In this document: positions 45,866 through 55,053 of the stretch, piece by piece | How the letters are laid out: each line of letters starts with the position of its first letter | How positions within the stretch are numbered: position 1 is the first letter of the stretch | Source: an uncultured Streptococcus sp. | GTDB taxonomy: Bacteria; Bacillota; Bacilli; Lactobacillales; Aerococcaceae | Length of the DNA: 64,000 bases | Direction of reading: 5' to 3' | Assembly (NCBI GenBank): GCA_963521405.1 | Contig: CAUQUY010000001.1 | Span: 58,938 to 122,937, forward strand | Translations under genes and position numbers: made by a program | The notes under the pieces: generated by a model | What the model was told of the DNA's origin: nothing | Databases searched by the model: none | What the model saw: the letters and a program-made list of their open reading frames with translations, nothing else

Positions 45866-46048
45866 TCTATCTGGAAGATTCCCGGATTCCATAATAGTCG
45901 TATTGGGGAAGTGCAACCAATGTGAATTACTGACTCTGGAAATTCATTTCCTAGAGGCAGTTTGAAGCTTGGTAGGATTGGAGACCTTGGCTCAATCCGG
46001 TGCCCCATTATGACTATTATGAAGACATCCGAGGAATCTGAAAGATAG
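45866..46048. repeat. type-1 long-hairpin intergenic repeat, copy E
   Basis: The arms TCTATCTGGAAGATTCCCGGATTCCATAATAGTCGTATTGGGG and CCCCATTATGACTATTATGAAGACATCCGAGGAATCTGAAAGATAGA are complementary. The core is GAAGTGCAACCAATGTGAATTACTGACTCTGG...CTAGAGGCAGTTTGAAGCTTGGTAGG... Confidence 0.8.
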
Positions 46049-46119
46049 ACGCAAGTCTACTTTTATTATTTTTAGCACTTTCAGCACACAAAAAAAGGAG
46101 GGGTTGCCCCCTCCTTTGA

Positions 46120-47493
46120 TTAGTCATTATCTTCATAGGTTTCGTCTGTTTCGCCTTCTTCAGCACGAATCTGCTCGAGTTCTTCCTCAGAAAGTTTTAT
46201 GACATGGATCTTACGAATACGATCATTCTCGGTTTCTGTCGGTTGTAACAGATACCCTTCGAATCTCACTTTCACTACCTCATCATCATCTGGGAAGTAG
46301 CCAAGCTTCTCGATAATTGCACCCGCCATTGTGTCCACTTCATCAGACTCTAATGACGTTTGATAAATTTGATTGAATCGGTCGAGCGACATTCCGGCAT
46401 CAATCACCGAATTGTTTTCGTCGATCTCTACGACTTCTTTTTCTTCTTCGTCGTACTCGTCTTCGATATCTCCGACGATTTCTTCAATCAAGTCTTCTAA
46501 TGTAACAATCCCTTCAACCCCGCCGTATTCATCTTTCAATACCGCTAAGTGTTGACGAGTTTTTCTAAATTCTACTAATAAATCATCCACGAAAATCGTT
46601 GATGGTACGAATACTGGCTCATGCGCTAGGGCACGTAAGTCAATATTGTCGAATCCTTGCTCTTTTGCAGCACGGAAAACATCTTTTACGTGAATTACTC
46701 CGATTACTTTATCCTTATCTTCTTCGTAAAGAGGAAGACGAGAATAAGAACAGTTCAAGATGGTCTCTAAGTTCTCTGCTAAATCGTCATCCACGTCGAG
46801 CATTAATGTATCTGTACGTGGAACCATCACTTCACGTGCTAGTTTTGTATCTAGAGAAAGCACCCCTTGCATCATCGCAAACTCGGAAATATCAATCGCT
46901 CCGTCGTTACGACTGTTAGCAAGTAAAGACTTCATCTCGCTTCGTGTTAATTTTTCTTCTACTCGTGTAAATTCAATCGGTGTAATTCGTTTTAATAACC
47001 CTGTTGAGAACGTCAAAATCCATACGAATGGTTTTGAGATCTTTTTGACAAACAAAATAATTCCTGCAGTATTTAATGCAATCGGTTCTGCCACTTGCAA
47101 CGCCACTTGTTTTGGATATAATTCCCCGAAAACTAAAGTGAGGTATGATAGAACGACCGTCACAATAATTAATGCTAATGTTTCAGCTCCAGGAATGTTG
47201 CCTAATAATGGTTGAATTCGTGAAGAGAAACTTGTTGCGGCAGACGCACTCGAGAAGAATCCTGCGAATGTAATCGCTACTTGAATCGTTGCGAGAAACT
47301 CATCCGAATTCTCTAACAAGCGCATTACCTTAATCGCTTTTCTATCTCCTTCTTGCGCTCTTTGTGCCATTTTCCCTTGGTTGATAGACACGAACGCAAT
47401 CTCCGCTGCGGCAAAAAATGCATTTAATGCAGTTAATAATACAATGATTAAGATCTGGACTCCCAGCGAACTCCCATCTGAATCAGCTGTCAT
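46120..47493 (-). CDS. hemolysin-family / CNNM (DUF21-CBS-CorC_HlyC) membrane protein
   Basis: 457 aa. An N-terminal DUF21 TM domain is followed by a CBS pair, a CorC_HlyC domain and an acidic tail. Confidence 0.85.
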   Translation of the reverse strand: MTADSDGSSLGVQILIIVLLTALNAFFAAAEIAFVSINQGKMAQRAQEGDRKAIKVMRLLENSDEFLATIQVAITFAGFFSSASAATSFSSRIQPLLGNIPGAETLALIIVTVVLSYLTLVFGELYPKQVALQVAEPIALNTAGIILFVKKISKPFVWILTFSTGLLKRITPIEFTRVEEKLTRSEMKSLLANSRNDGAIDISEFAMMQGVLSLDTKLAREVMVPRTDTLMLDVDDDLAENLETILNCSYSRLPLYEEDKDKVIGVIHVKDVFRAAKEQGFDNIDLRALAHEPVFVPSTIFVDDLLVEFRKTRQHLAVLKDEYGGVEGIVTLEDLIEEIVGDIEDEYDEEEKEVVEIDENNSVIDAGMSLDRFNQIYQTSLESDEVDTMAGAIIEKLGYFPDDDEVVKVRFEGYLLQPTETENDRIRKIHVIKLSEEELEQIRAEEGETDETYEDND

Positions 47494-47743
47494 AATTTTG
47501 TTAACCCCTTTTAACTATAGATTTTACCTATTCTATGAATGGTATAGAGATATCATATCAGTTTTTTTTGAAAAATCAAGATTTTCCCCTGTTTTGTAAT
47601 GGTTCTTTAATGTTTAAAGCCCTTTCTAATGCATTTTCCAGAAAGATTCTTTTCGTTTTCTAATCATTTCCTAACTTTTCTAGTTACAATTTCGCCAAAA
47701 AGTGGTACTATTGTAGTGAAACCAATCTCAAGGAGGAATGAGT

Positions 47744-48382
47744 ATGTTATTAAAATCTCTTGTAGTTCCAAAAAAGAGTCTAACGGTCGTTAAAGAATCA
47801 TGCACGTTAGAAGAAGCGATTAAGATTTTAGAAGAATCAGGATACCGTTGTGTGCCTGTATTAGATGAAACGGAAACGTTCTTTAGAGGAAACATTTATA
47901 AAATGCATATCTATCGCCACAAAGCAAACGGTGGAGATATGAGTCTTCCAGTAACTCATTTAATTAAAAACTCGACTAAATTCATCAGCGTGGATAGCTC
48001 TTTCTTCAAAGTGTTCTTCACGATTAAAGAATTACCTTACATTGCCGTATTAGATAAACAACAACGTTTCTACGGAATTTTAACGCACAACAGTTTATTG
48101 TCAATGTTACAAGAATCTTGGAATGTGAAGAGTGGATCTTATGTTTTAACCATTATTTCTGGTGGTGAAAAAGGCGCCCTTGCGAATATCTCTAAAGTAA
48201 TCAACAAGTACGCTTCTATCGCCAACGTAATGACCATCGATACCCAACAAGATAAAAGCTTACGCCGTATCTTGGTGACATTGCCAGCAGGCGTGTCAAA
48301 AGATACTTTACACCAAATCGTCGACAGCCTTGAAAAGAAAGACTACTCTGTTGCGGAAGTGGAAGATTTACAAAACACATAG
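47744..48382 (+). CDS. CBS-domain protein with a C-terminal ACT-like domain
   Basis: ORF track 47738..48382. The ATG at 47744 is better spaced from the AAGGAGG RBS. Two CBS-type repeats, then a small regulatory-like domain. Confidence 0.6.
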   Translation: MLLKSLVVPKKSLTVVKESCTLEEAIKILEESGYRCVPVLDETETFFRGNIYKMHIYRHKANGGDMSLPVTHLIKNSTKFISVDSSFFKVFFTIKELPYIAVLDKQQRFYGILTHNSLLSMLQESWNVKSGSYVLTIISGGEKGALANISKVINKYASIANVMTIDTQQDKSLRRILVTLPAGVSKDTLHQIVDSLEKKDYSVAEVEDLQNT

Positions 48383-48625
48383 GATACGAGACCGAGCGCT
48401 CAGAAATGGAACGTTGGACCGGAACGCCGGAAGGAACGTGAAACGTTCTGCGGACGTTTCGGGAAACGCACGCCATTTCTGCGAGGTCGAGTTCAACTTC
48501 ATAGGCAGAAAGACCGTGCGGACAAAGCAAGAAAGGCTTGAGTCTCTGCTTTTGCGAACTCAACTACTAGGATACGAGACCGAACTCAACTTCACAGGCA
48601 GAAAGACAGAACACAAAAAACCAGC
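48380..48625. repeat. type-2 mosaic repeat array, locus f (starts with the TAG stop of the CBS gene)
   Basis: TAGGATACGAGACCGAGCGCTCAGAAATGGAACGTTGGACCGGAACGCCGGAAGGAACGTGAAACGTTCTGCGGACGTTTCGGGAAACGCACGCCATTTCTGCGAGGTCGAGTTCAACTTCATAGGCAGAAAGACCGTGCGGAC...GAAAGGCTTGAGTCTCTGCTTTTGCGAACTCAACTACTAGGATACGAGACCGAACTCAACTTCACAGGCAGAAAGACAGAAC. Confidence 0.85.
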
Positions 48626-48664
48626 ACACCAGCCTTCAGCTAGTGTGCTGTTCTTTTTTCTTTC

Positions 48665-49561
48665 TTATCGAACCACTGAACGTGCCATACGAGCTACTGT
48701 ATGACGAATTCCTCGAATCGCAACTGACAATGCGTAAATATTTTCCACTGTCGCTAAACCGCCGTATCCCGCGTCCCCGATATGTTGAATATCCACACCA
48801 GCCACTTTATTACGGATAGCAATTTGTTCGATGACTTCTCTTGAAGAACCTTCTTGGCTTGTTCCGATTGCAGAAAGCACGAGTGCATCGTTGGCATGCG
48901 CCACTTTCACAATTTCCACCAATTCTGCGTCTGTAAACCCTGGCACCGTTCCAACCGCTGGAACAAGAATCACATCGGCCCCTGCTTTAATGAAACGTTT
49001 CGCGATATCCACGTTCATCACAGGTTCCTTCGAGCCTGCTCCGTGCATCTTCCCAGCGATCACAAGCCCTGAATAGTGTTGTTTCACCATGGCGAGTGAC
49101 GCTTCAATCGTTTCATTCGTTACCCCTGTCCCTGGATTTCCGGTTAAGCAGATGAAATCAAGACCGAGTTCTTCCGCACGTTTCACGGTTTCCACCGTAC
49201 ATTGACGCCCTGGTGAGATTTCGATACGTGTTTCTAGCATTTCTGCATTCATGTCCACTGGCTCCAAGTTCGCCCCGATTGGCAACCCACTCAGTTCTTT
49301 CGCACGTTGGACTGGGTTTTCACTTTCTTCAGTACCGTAAATCAGTGGATCAATACAGTCAAATCCGTTCAAGAGCACCATGTCTCCGCCGAACGCCTTT
49401 GCGATTTCTGCGTTAGATAATTCATACAGAAACGTTGGTCGTGAGCATCCCGTTTCACAGCACACCGTTCTTCCTTCTGCGGCTTCAATCGCCTTTTTCA
49501 ATTCTTTTCCGGTCATTTTTCTGAAATCACTGGCCGCACAATTTAACAATCGTTTACTCAT
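48665..49561 (-). CDS. hypothetical TIM-barrel-like protein, last gene of the glycosylasparaginase PTS operon
   Basis: 298 aa. Alternating beta/alpha pattern with Gly-rich loops (LTGNPGTGV, VIAGKMHGAG, ILVPAVGTVPG). Start overlaps the cutC stop. No characterised family recognised. Confidence 0.6.
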   Translation of the reverse strand: MSKRLLNCAASDFRKMTGKELKKAIEAAEGRTVCCETGCSRPTFLYELSNAEIAKAFGGDMVLLNGFDCIDPLIYGTEESENPVQRAKELSGLPIGANLEPVDMNAEMLETRIEISPGRQCTVETVKRAEELGLDFICLTGNPGTGVTNETIEASLAMVKQHYSGLVIAGKMHGAGSKEPVMNVDIAKRFIKAGADVILVPAVGTVPGFTDAELVEIVKVAHANDALVLSAIGTSQEGSSREVIEQIAIRNKVAGVDIQHIGDAGYGGLATVENIYALSVAIRGIRHTVARMARSVVR

Positions 49562-50307
49562 TTCGTTTCCTCCTGTCCACGAACAAGCGCCACTACTTCT
49601 TTCAACAACGCTTCATCCGTCTGTTCGTAATCTCCATTTTCATGATAGGCATAGCTGAGCCCCTCGCCTGCAGTCGTCGGATCCGTCTCCCACGTCTTAA
49701 ACGTTCCATGGATTTGCGAAATCCCCGTCTCCTGCATTAAGTGCTGCACATTTTCTTTGGTAACACCGCCGCCACAAAGCAGTTTAATCTGACTTCCGTA
49801 GCGAGCCTGCAAGTCTTTTAAGAGCGGAATTCCTTTTTCAATGTGCGCCTGTTGTCCCCCTGTTAAAATGCGCGTGCATCCAAGTTTGATTAAGCCCTCG
49901 ATGGCACTCTCCACATCCGGCACAAGGTCAAACGCCTTATGGAACACACTCTCGGCATGATATTTCTGACACAACTCAATCATCTGCTTCGTACGGTTCC
50001 AGTCAATCGTCCGGTCTTCTAATAAAAATCCAAACGCTAACCCTTTCGCACCCGCTTCTAATAAAAGTTTTGCATCGATGAGCATGCTCTCGAATTCTTC
50101 CTTCGTGTAACAAAATCCTGCGCCACGAGGACGAACCATGCACACAATCGGAAGGCTCACTCCAGAATCGAGCACTTTTTGCAAGATGCCGATACTTGGC
50201 GTTAATCCTCCTAAGAAAAGCGCGCTATTCAATTCAATGCGGTCAGCACCAGCACGCTCTGCAATCTGGCAGTCTGCGATGCTTCCAGCACATACTTCTA
50301 CTGTCAT
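49558..50307 (-). CDS. cutC: CutC-family protein
   Basis: 249 aa with the CutC motifs VEVCAGS, AGADRIELNSAL..GGLTPS and GGGV. Confidence 0.8.
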   Translation of the reverse strand: MTVEVCAGSIADCQIAERAGADRIELNSALFLGGLTPSIGILQKVLDSGVSLPIVCMVRPRGAGFCYTKEEFESMLIDAKLLLEAGAKGLAFGFLLEDRTIDWNRTKQMIELCQKYHAESVFHKAFDLVPDVESAIEGLIKLGCTRILTGGQQAHIEKGIPLLKDLQARYGSQIKLLCGGGVTKENVQHLMQETGISQIHGTFKTWETDPTTAGEGLSYAYHENGDYEQTDEALLKEVVALVRGQEETK

Positions 50308-51440
50308 AACGTCCCTTCTTTCATGCGCGACAATGCGAGTAGCGCTAATCCGTAAATAATCGTATCTGTTTCTAAGTCTTTAATCCCAATCCATTCGTTT
50401 GGCAAATGCGCAATATCTCTTTGCCCTGGGAAACTTGGCCCATACGCAATGATATTTGGAATGATTTTGGCATAGGTTCCACCCGTTGTCGTCACTGGAA
50501 CGCTATCGCTCTGCGTGATATCCGTGTACACCTTTTGCAAGGCTTGCACGTAGGCGGAATCCTTGTCATAGAGCACTGGGTCCCAATGCGAAATCACGTC
50601 TAGCACGCCACCTTCTGGTACATGCATATTGATTTTCTCAACCAACTCGTCTTTTGTGCAACTTGCTGGATAGCACATCGTCCATTCAACATAATGACGA
50701 CCGTCTTCGAGTCCAAACGTTTCGCCGCGCAGTTGCATCATCCCGAAGTCACTATCTTCATAGGCGATGCCCAATTCTTCCCCGCGATGATTTGTATGGA
50801 GAAGTTTTTCGTTGGCAAATGTATACAATCCGGACACTTTATCAAATGGTACAGACAATCTTACTCTGAGACGACCGCGTTCTCCGTAGACGACTGGCCA
50901 TTTACAGTCTGGCGTCCATCCAAATGTTGGTGGCACTTCTTTTGTTAAATAGTGCTTCACGCATCCAAATCCTGTCTCTTCATTCGTCCCAAAAACAATC
51001 CGCACCGGTCGATCAAAGGTCACACCTCTTTCCTTCAACACGTATAGCGCATAAAGGTTCGATAGAATTGGCCCTTTGTTATCCAATGTCCCGCGTCCGT
51101 AGAGTCTTCCGTCACGAACGGTAAGGGCTAACGCTGGAGAAATCCATCCTTCTCCAAGCGGCATCACATCCACGTGACCAAAGATGCCATAGTACGCGCC
51201 ATCTGGTCGGTCTTCTCCGTACTGCGCGTATCCAATCTTGTTATCGATATTCTTCGTTTGAAATCCAAGTTCACTGGCAATCGCAAGCACTTCGTCGAGC
51301 GCTTGTCTAGGTCCCTTTCCGAACGGAGCGCCTTCTTCTGCTTCTCCTCGAATACTTGGGATAGCGACCATCCGTCTAAGCCCTTCAAACAGTGCGGGTT
51401 GAATACCTCTCAACTCCACAATCCATTCTTCTTGATTCAT
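50304..51440 (-). CDS. M20-family metallopeptidase (dipeptidase, PepV/Sapep-like)
   Basis: 378 aa with the motifs GHVDVMP, RGTLDNKGP and GTNEETG. Confidence 0.8.
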   Translation of the reverse strand: MNQEEWIVELRGIQPALFEGLRRMVAIPSIRGEAEEGAPFGKGPRQALDEVLAIASELGFQTKNIDNKIGYAQYGEDRPDGAYYGIFGHVDVMPLGEGWISPALALTVRDGRLYGRGTLDNKGPILSNLYALYVLKERGVTFDRPVRIVFGTNEETGFGCVKHYLTKEVPPTFGWTPDCKWPVVYGERGRLRVRLSVPFDKVSGLYTFANEKLLHTNHRGEELGIAYEDSDFGMMQLRGETFGLEDGRHYVEWTMCYPASCTKDELVEKINMHVPEGGVLDVISHWDPVLYDKDSAYVQALQKVYTDITQSDSVPVTTTGGTYAKIIPNIIAYGPSFPGQRDIAHLPNEWIGIKDLETDTIIYGLALLALSRMKEGTL

Positions 51441-52399
51441 TCTTTGACCTCCAACGGCTTCATGCGCTCTTCTAAATACGCTTCAAGCCATTCCTTTGTC
51501 GCTAATTCATGTCTCATCGTGCCATCACTTTGCGGATGCACACGGAATACCGTTGGCGCTAGCGTACTTGTAGCAACGACAAATGAGAAGTTCTCGATAT
51601 TAGAAGCTGCCCCAAAGTCTCCTTTGGCATTTATGGCCACTACAGAAATATCGCCTGCTTCACCACGCGTTCTCTTCAATCGTTCTGCAAGCTCACTCAC
51701 GGCTTTCTCACACGCCTTTTGTGGACTGAGGCCTTCTTTCATCAGACGAACGATTTCATATGAAATTACGCCCTTCATCAAATCCTCGCCTAGACCTGTT
51801 GCTGTGGCGCCACCAATCGTGCTATCGACATATAATCCAGAACCGATAAATGGAGAGTCCCCGACACGCCCTGGTTTCTTCATAAAGAGTCCACTCGTTG
51901 AGGTCCCTGCGACCATATCTCCAGATGCGTCCAATCCCACCATACCGACCGTATCATGTCCGGCATACGGTGTGAGCCGTTCGCGTTCAATGTCTTTTAA
52001 TCGGTTATGGAAATGAATCTTCGCACGGTCCGTGAGCATGTCTTTTTCTTCGAAATGATGAGCCTTCGCAAAGGCTGCTGCCCCTTCTCCGACCAGCACA
52101 TTATTCACCTTATAAGCGCTTAAGACACGCGCCACCGAGATTGGATTAGCGAACTGTTTCAACGCGCAAACCGCTCCGAAATCAAACGTCGATCCATCTA
52201 AATAAGCGGCATCTAGCTCCACTTCCATCTCTTTGTTTGGAAGTCCGCCATATCCAACAGATTTAAAGTAAGGGAAGTCCTCCACTTCTTTAATCGAGCC
52301 ATAAATGGCATCTCCTGCAGTTCCGCCCGCTTCTAAATTCGGGGTCACCTTCTGGATTCCTTCGAGCGCCATTCGCCATGTCGCAATCATACCCCACAT
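51437..52399 (-). CDS. Ntn-hydrolase asparaginase, glycosylasparaginase-like (N4-(beta-N-acetylglucosaminyl)-L-asparaginase)
   Basis: 320 aa. The N-terminal IATWRMALEG resembles the (S/N)TW motif of glycosylasparaginases. Autoprocessing and nucleophile site HDTVGMVGLD. Confidence 0.75.
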   Translation of the reverse strand: MWGMIATWRMALEGIQKVTPNLEAGGTAGDAIYGSIKEVEDFPYFKSVGYGGLPNKEMEVELDAAYLDGSTFDFGAVCALKQFANPISVARVLSAYKVNNVLVGEGAAAFAKAHHFEEKDMLTDRAKIHFHNRLKDIERERLTPYAGHDTVGMVGLDASGDMVAGTSTSGLFMKKPGRVGDSPFIGSGLYVDSTIGGATATGLGEDLMKGVISYEIVRLMKEGLSPQKACEKAVSELAERLKRTRGEAGDISVVAINAKGDFGAASNIENFSFVVATSTLAPTVFRVHPQSDGTMRHELATKEWLEAYLEERMKPLEVKE

Positions 52400-52414
52400 T
52401 CTCTGTCACCTCTT

Positions 52415-52918
52415 TTACTGAAATCGTTGTTCACTTTCGTCTTTGGTTCCGCTAATAATCGCAACGGCTCCGCCTAATGCTTCGCGTAAGCCCACGCCGC
52501 CTTTTTTCGGCATTTCTAGCATGACGACTTTATCTTTATAGGCTGCGATGGTGTCTTCATTCTCTTTCGAACAAATGACGTAAGACTTACAGTCGGTTTG
52601 TTCTTGAATGGCTAACGCAATTTCTGCCGCCATTTGCGCATAAGTTCCATAGTTAAAACATGGTCCTGCAAACAGTACCTCCGCTTTCGTCTTCAAAATC
52701 AGATTTTTGATTTTATGAATCACTTCTTCTTTATGCGCTTGGAAATAATCTGGACCACAATAAATCGTCGCAAGCGCTGTGAGTCCTGCTTTTTCGAAGT
52801 CTTCTTTGAACATTAAATAAGAACCAACCCCACCTTTTTCAAGGCCTAATTCTGTATCGCCACGTTCCTTTCCGCCGAATCCAGCTTGAACTTGGTCGAA
52901 TAATAATAGTGTTCTCAT
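52415..52918 (-). CDS. GrdB-N-terminal-domain-like protein (glycine/sarcosine/betaine reductase component B family, no selenocysteine region)
   Basis: ORF track 52415..52951, trimmed to MRTLLLFDQVQAGFGGKERGD at 52918. This resembles the GrdB N-terminus (..INQFFAGIGGEEKAD..). 167 aa. Confidence 0.5.
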   Translation of the reverse strand: MRTLLLFDQVQAGFGGKERGDTELGLEKGGVGSYLMFKEDFEKAGLTALATIYCGPDYFQAHKEEVIHKIKNLILKTKAEVLFAGPCFNYGTYAQMAAEIALAIQEQTDCKSYVICSKENEDTIAAYKDKVVMLEMPKKGGVGLREALGGAVAIISGTKDESEQRFQ

Positions 52919-53006
52919 CTGTTCACCCCTTTCTATGTAAAAAGGTGGCATCCGTCATCGCATGCCACCCGAAGTTTTGACACTTGTGACTTACGTAGTT
53001 GTCATT

Positions 53007-54359
53007 TTATAAGTCATCAAATGATAAGTCGTTTAAGTCAACGTCGTCTAATTCATCACCTGTTAACATGCTAGTGCCCTCTTCTTCTTTCAAGTATTGT
53101 TTATCCAATGCTTTGAAGAATGGGAAGTAGATCAAGCAACCTAAGATAATCAAGAAGATTTGGAAGAATCCGGCTACGATACTACCTGTTGACAACCATC
53201 CTGAGAAGAAGAAAGGCGTTGTCCATGGAAGTGAAGCCCCTGTTGTATAAGGGATAATTCCCCACATTGTTGCAAGAGTTGCTAAAGTAATATTTACAAG
53301 TGGTGTTAATAAGAATGGAATCACGATAATTGGGTTTAATACCACTGGTAAACCGAATGTAACCATTTCGTTGATACCGAAAATACCAGGGATTAAAGCT
53401 AATCGACCGAGTTTCTTCATTCGTTCTGATTTCGCAAGGAAGACCATTAAGAATACTAGAGATAATGTACTACCTCCACCACCGAAGTTACCGAAGAAGT
53501 CTCCGAAAGGTCCAGTGAAGATGTTTGGTAATGGTTGTCCAGCTTTAAACGCTTCCAAGTTTTCGTTTGTTAAAATTAAGTGGATTGGGTTGAAGACTGT
53601 ATTTGTTACAGCTGGCCCGTTAATACCGAAGAACCAGAAGAGTGTTGATAGGAATTGATACAATGGTTCGAAGAAGACGCTTTGACCGAATCCCATCAAT
53701 GGAGCTTGTAATACTTTATAAATAAATGTTTGTGCGTATTGGAATTCTGTTAATGAGAAGATGAGATAGATTGCAAATGCAAAGAACATCGCAAACGCAC
53801 TAGGAATTAAAGCTGCAAATGAATGGTAAACTGCTGGTGGCACTGCATCAGGCAATTTGATAACCCATCCTTTTTTCTGAATCGTTACGAAGATTTTCAC
53901 TGACACAATCGCAGTAATCATCGCTAAGAACACCCCTGCAGAACCAAGGTTTGAGAATGCAAATCCACTAAACGCTTTACCTGCTTCATTCACAAATTTT
54001 GGGTGCACTTTTGGAGTCATGATAAGGTAGCAGACAAGTGATAATACTCCCCCTGCAATGGCATCACTTTCTAATTGTTTAGCATATGAATACCCAATAC
54101 CAACGGCTCCTAAAACCGCTAAAATACTAAATGTAGAGTCAATCACGGCATCCATTGAGTTTTCCCAACCCTTGCCGAAGAATTGCGCCATAAAATCGCT
54201 ATACCCTGGCACTGGGAAGTTCGCAATAACAAGGAAAATGGACGCTACGATAATTAATGGTGTACCGACTAAGAACCCGTCACGAATCGCAATCAGCACC
54301 TTATTCGTGCTGAGACGTTCTGCCACGCGGCCCATCGTGCTTTCTAAACCTGCAAACAT
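53007..54359 (-). CDS. PTS lactose/cellobiose-family subunit IIC
   Basis: 450-aa multi-TM protein with an N-terminus typical of PTS EIIC type 3 (AERLSTNKVLIAIRDGF). Confidence 0.88.
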   Translation of the reverse strand: MFAGLESTMGRVAERLSTNKVLIAIRDGFLVGTPLIIVASIFLVIANFPVPGYSDFMAQFFGKGWENSMDAVIDSTFSILAVLGAVGIGYSYAKQLESDAIAGGVLSLVCYLIMTPKVHPKFVNEAGKAFSGFAFSNLGSAGVFLAMITAIVSVKIFVTIQKKGWVIKLPDAVPPAVYHSFAALIPSAFAMFFAFAIYLIFSLTEFQYAQTFIYKVLQAPLMGFGQSVFFEPLYQFLSTLFWFFGINGPAVTNTVFNPIHLILTNENLEAFKAGQPLPNIFTGPFGDFFGNFGGGGSTLSLVFLMVFLAKSERMKKLGRLALIPGIFGINEMVTFGLPVVLNPIIVIPFLLTPLVNITLATLATMWGIIPYTTGASLPWTTPFFFSGWLSTGSIVAGFFQIFLIILGCLIYFPFFKALDKQYLKEEEGTSMLTGDELDDVDLNDLSFDDL

Positions 54360-54371
54360 TGTACTAACCTC

Positions 54372-54698
54372 CTATTGTTCTTTTTTAGATTTTAATAATT
54401 GAATGGCACGTTTCAAGATACGTTCGCCATCTGCATTTCCGTAGTCTTCAAGATTGATGACATCGACAGGAACTCCAAGTGGATCATATTTTTCGTGAAC
54501 CGCATTGAATTTGAATTTCACTTGAGGTCCTAACAAGATTACGTCTGGATGGTATTGCTCGTAAATCGCATCGATATTGCGGTCTGGAAACGCTTTAATT
54601 TCTAGCGGCAAATTATGCTTATCTGCCACGTCTTGCATTCTGCTGGCCACTAGACTGGTTGACATCCCCGCACTACAAAATAGATAAATTCTTTTCAT
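54372..54698 (-). CDS. PTS lactose/cellobiose-family subunit IIB
   Basis: 108 aa with the active-site Cys context KRIYLFCSAGMSTS. Confidence 0.88.
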   Translation of the reverse strand: MKRIYLFCSAGMSTSLVASRMQDVADKHNLPLEIKAFPDRNIDAIYEQYHPDVILLGPQVKFKFNAVHEKYDPLGVPVDVINLEDYGNADGERILKRAIQLLKSKKEQ

Positions 54699-54719
54699 TT
54701 TCTTTTCCTCCTTCCGTTT

Positions 54720-55037
54720 CTATTTAATACTTTCAATCCGTTCATAAAGGGCGATAATTTCTTCTGCTGTGATTTTAAGAAATTCCGCATTCATCAATTG
54801 GTCTTCCGCATGCACGAGTAAGAGCGATAATTGCACTGGCTCACCGGATGTTTCTTGTTGCAATAACCCGAAGTGTGCTTCATGCCCTTCTGCATGATAT
54901 TTATCCCCTTCTTCAATGCATCGACGCGCTTCTTCAAAATGACCTAGCCGCGCTTCTTGCACCGCCTCCATAAAACAGGATTTTGCTGCCCCTAATGCGC
55001 TAATCATCTTAAAACACACTAGCTCAATGCCTTCCAT
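54720..55037 (-). CDS. PTS lactose/cellobiose-family subunit IIA
   Basis: 105 aa, helical IIA(Lac/Cel) pattern (AKSCFMEAVQEARLGHFEEA...LLLVHAEDQLM). Confidence 0.85.
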   Translation of the reverse strand: MEGIELVCFKMISALGAAKSCFMEAVQEARLGHFEEARRCIEEGDKYHAEGHEAHFGLLQQETSGEPVQLSLLLVHAEDQLMNAEFLKITAEEIIALYERIESIK

Positions 55038-55053
55038 ACTATTTCCTCCTTCC

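Noticed and set aside
51174-52016. 280-aa ORF on the + strand spanning the M20 peptidase / asparaginase junction
   Set aside because: It is antisense to two confidently assigned, translationally coupled genes. The sequence is Ser/Pro-rich nonsense-like with no start context.
52415-52918. GrdB-like gene as a selenoprotein
   Set aside because: Only the N-terminal GrdB-like domain is present. There is no in-frame TGA and no downstream SECIS-like hairpin, and the Sec-containing part of GrdB is absent.
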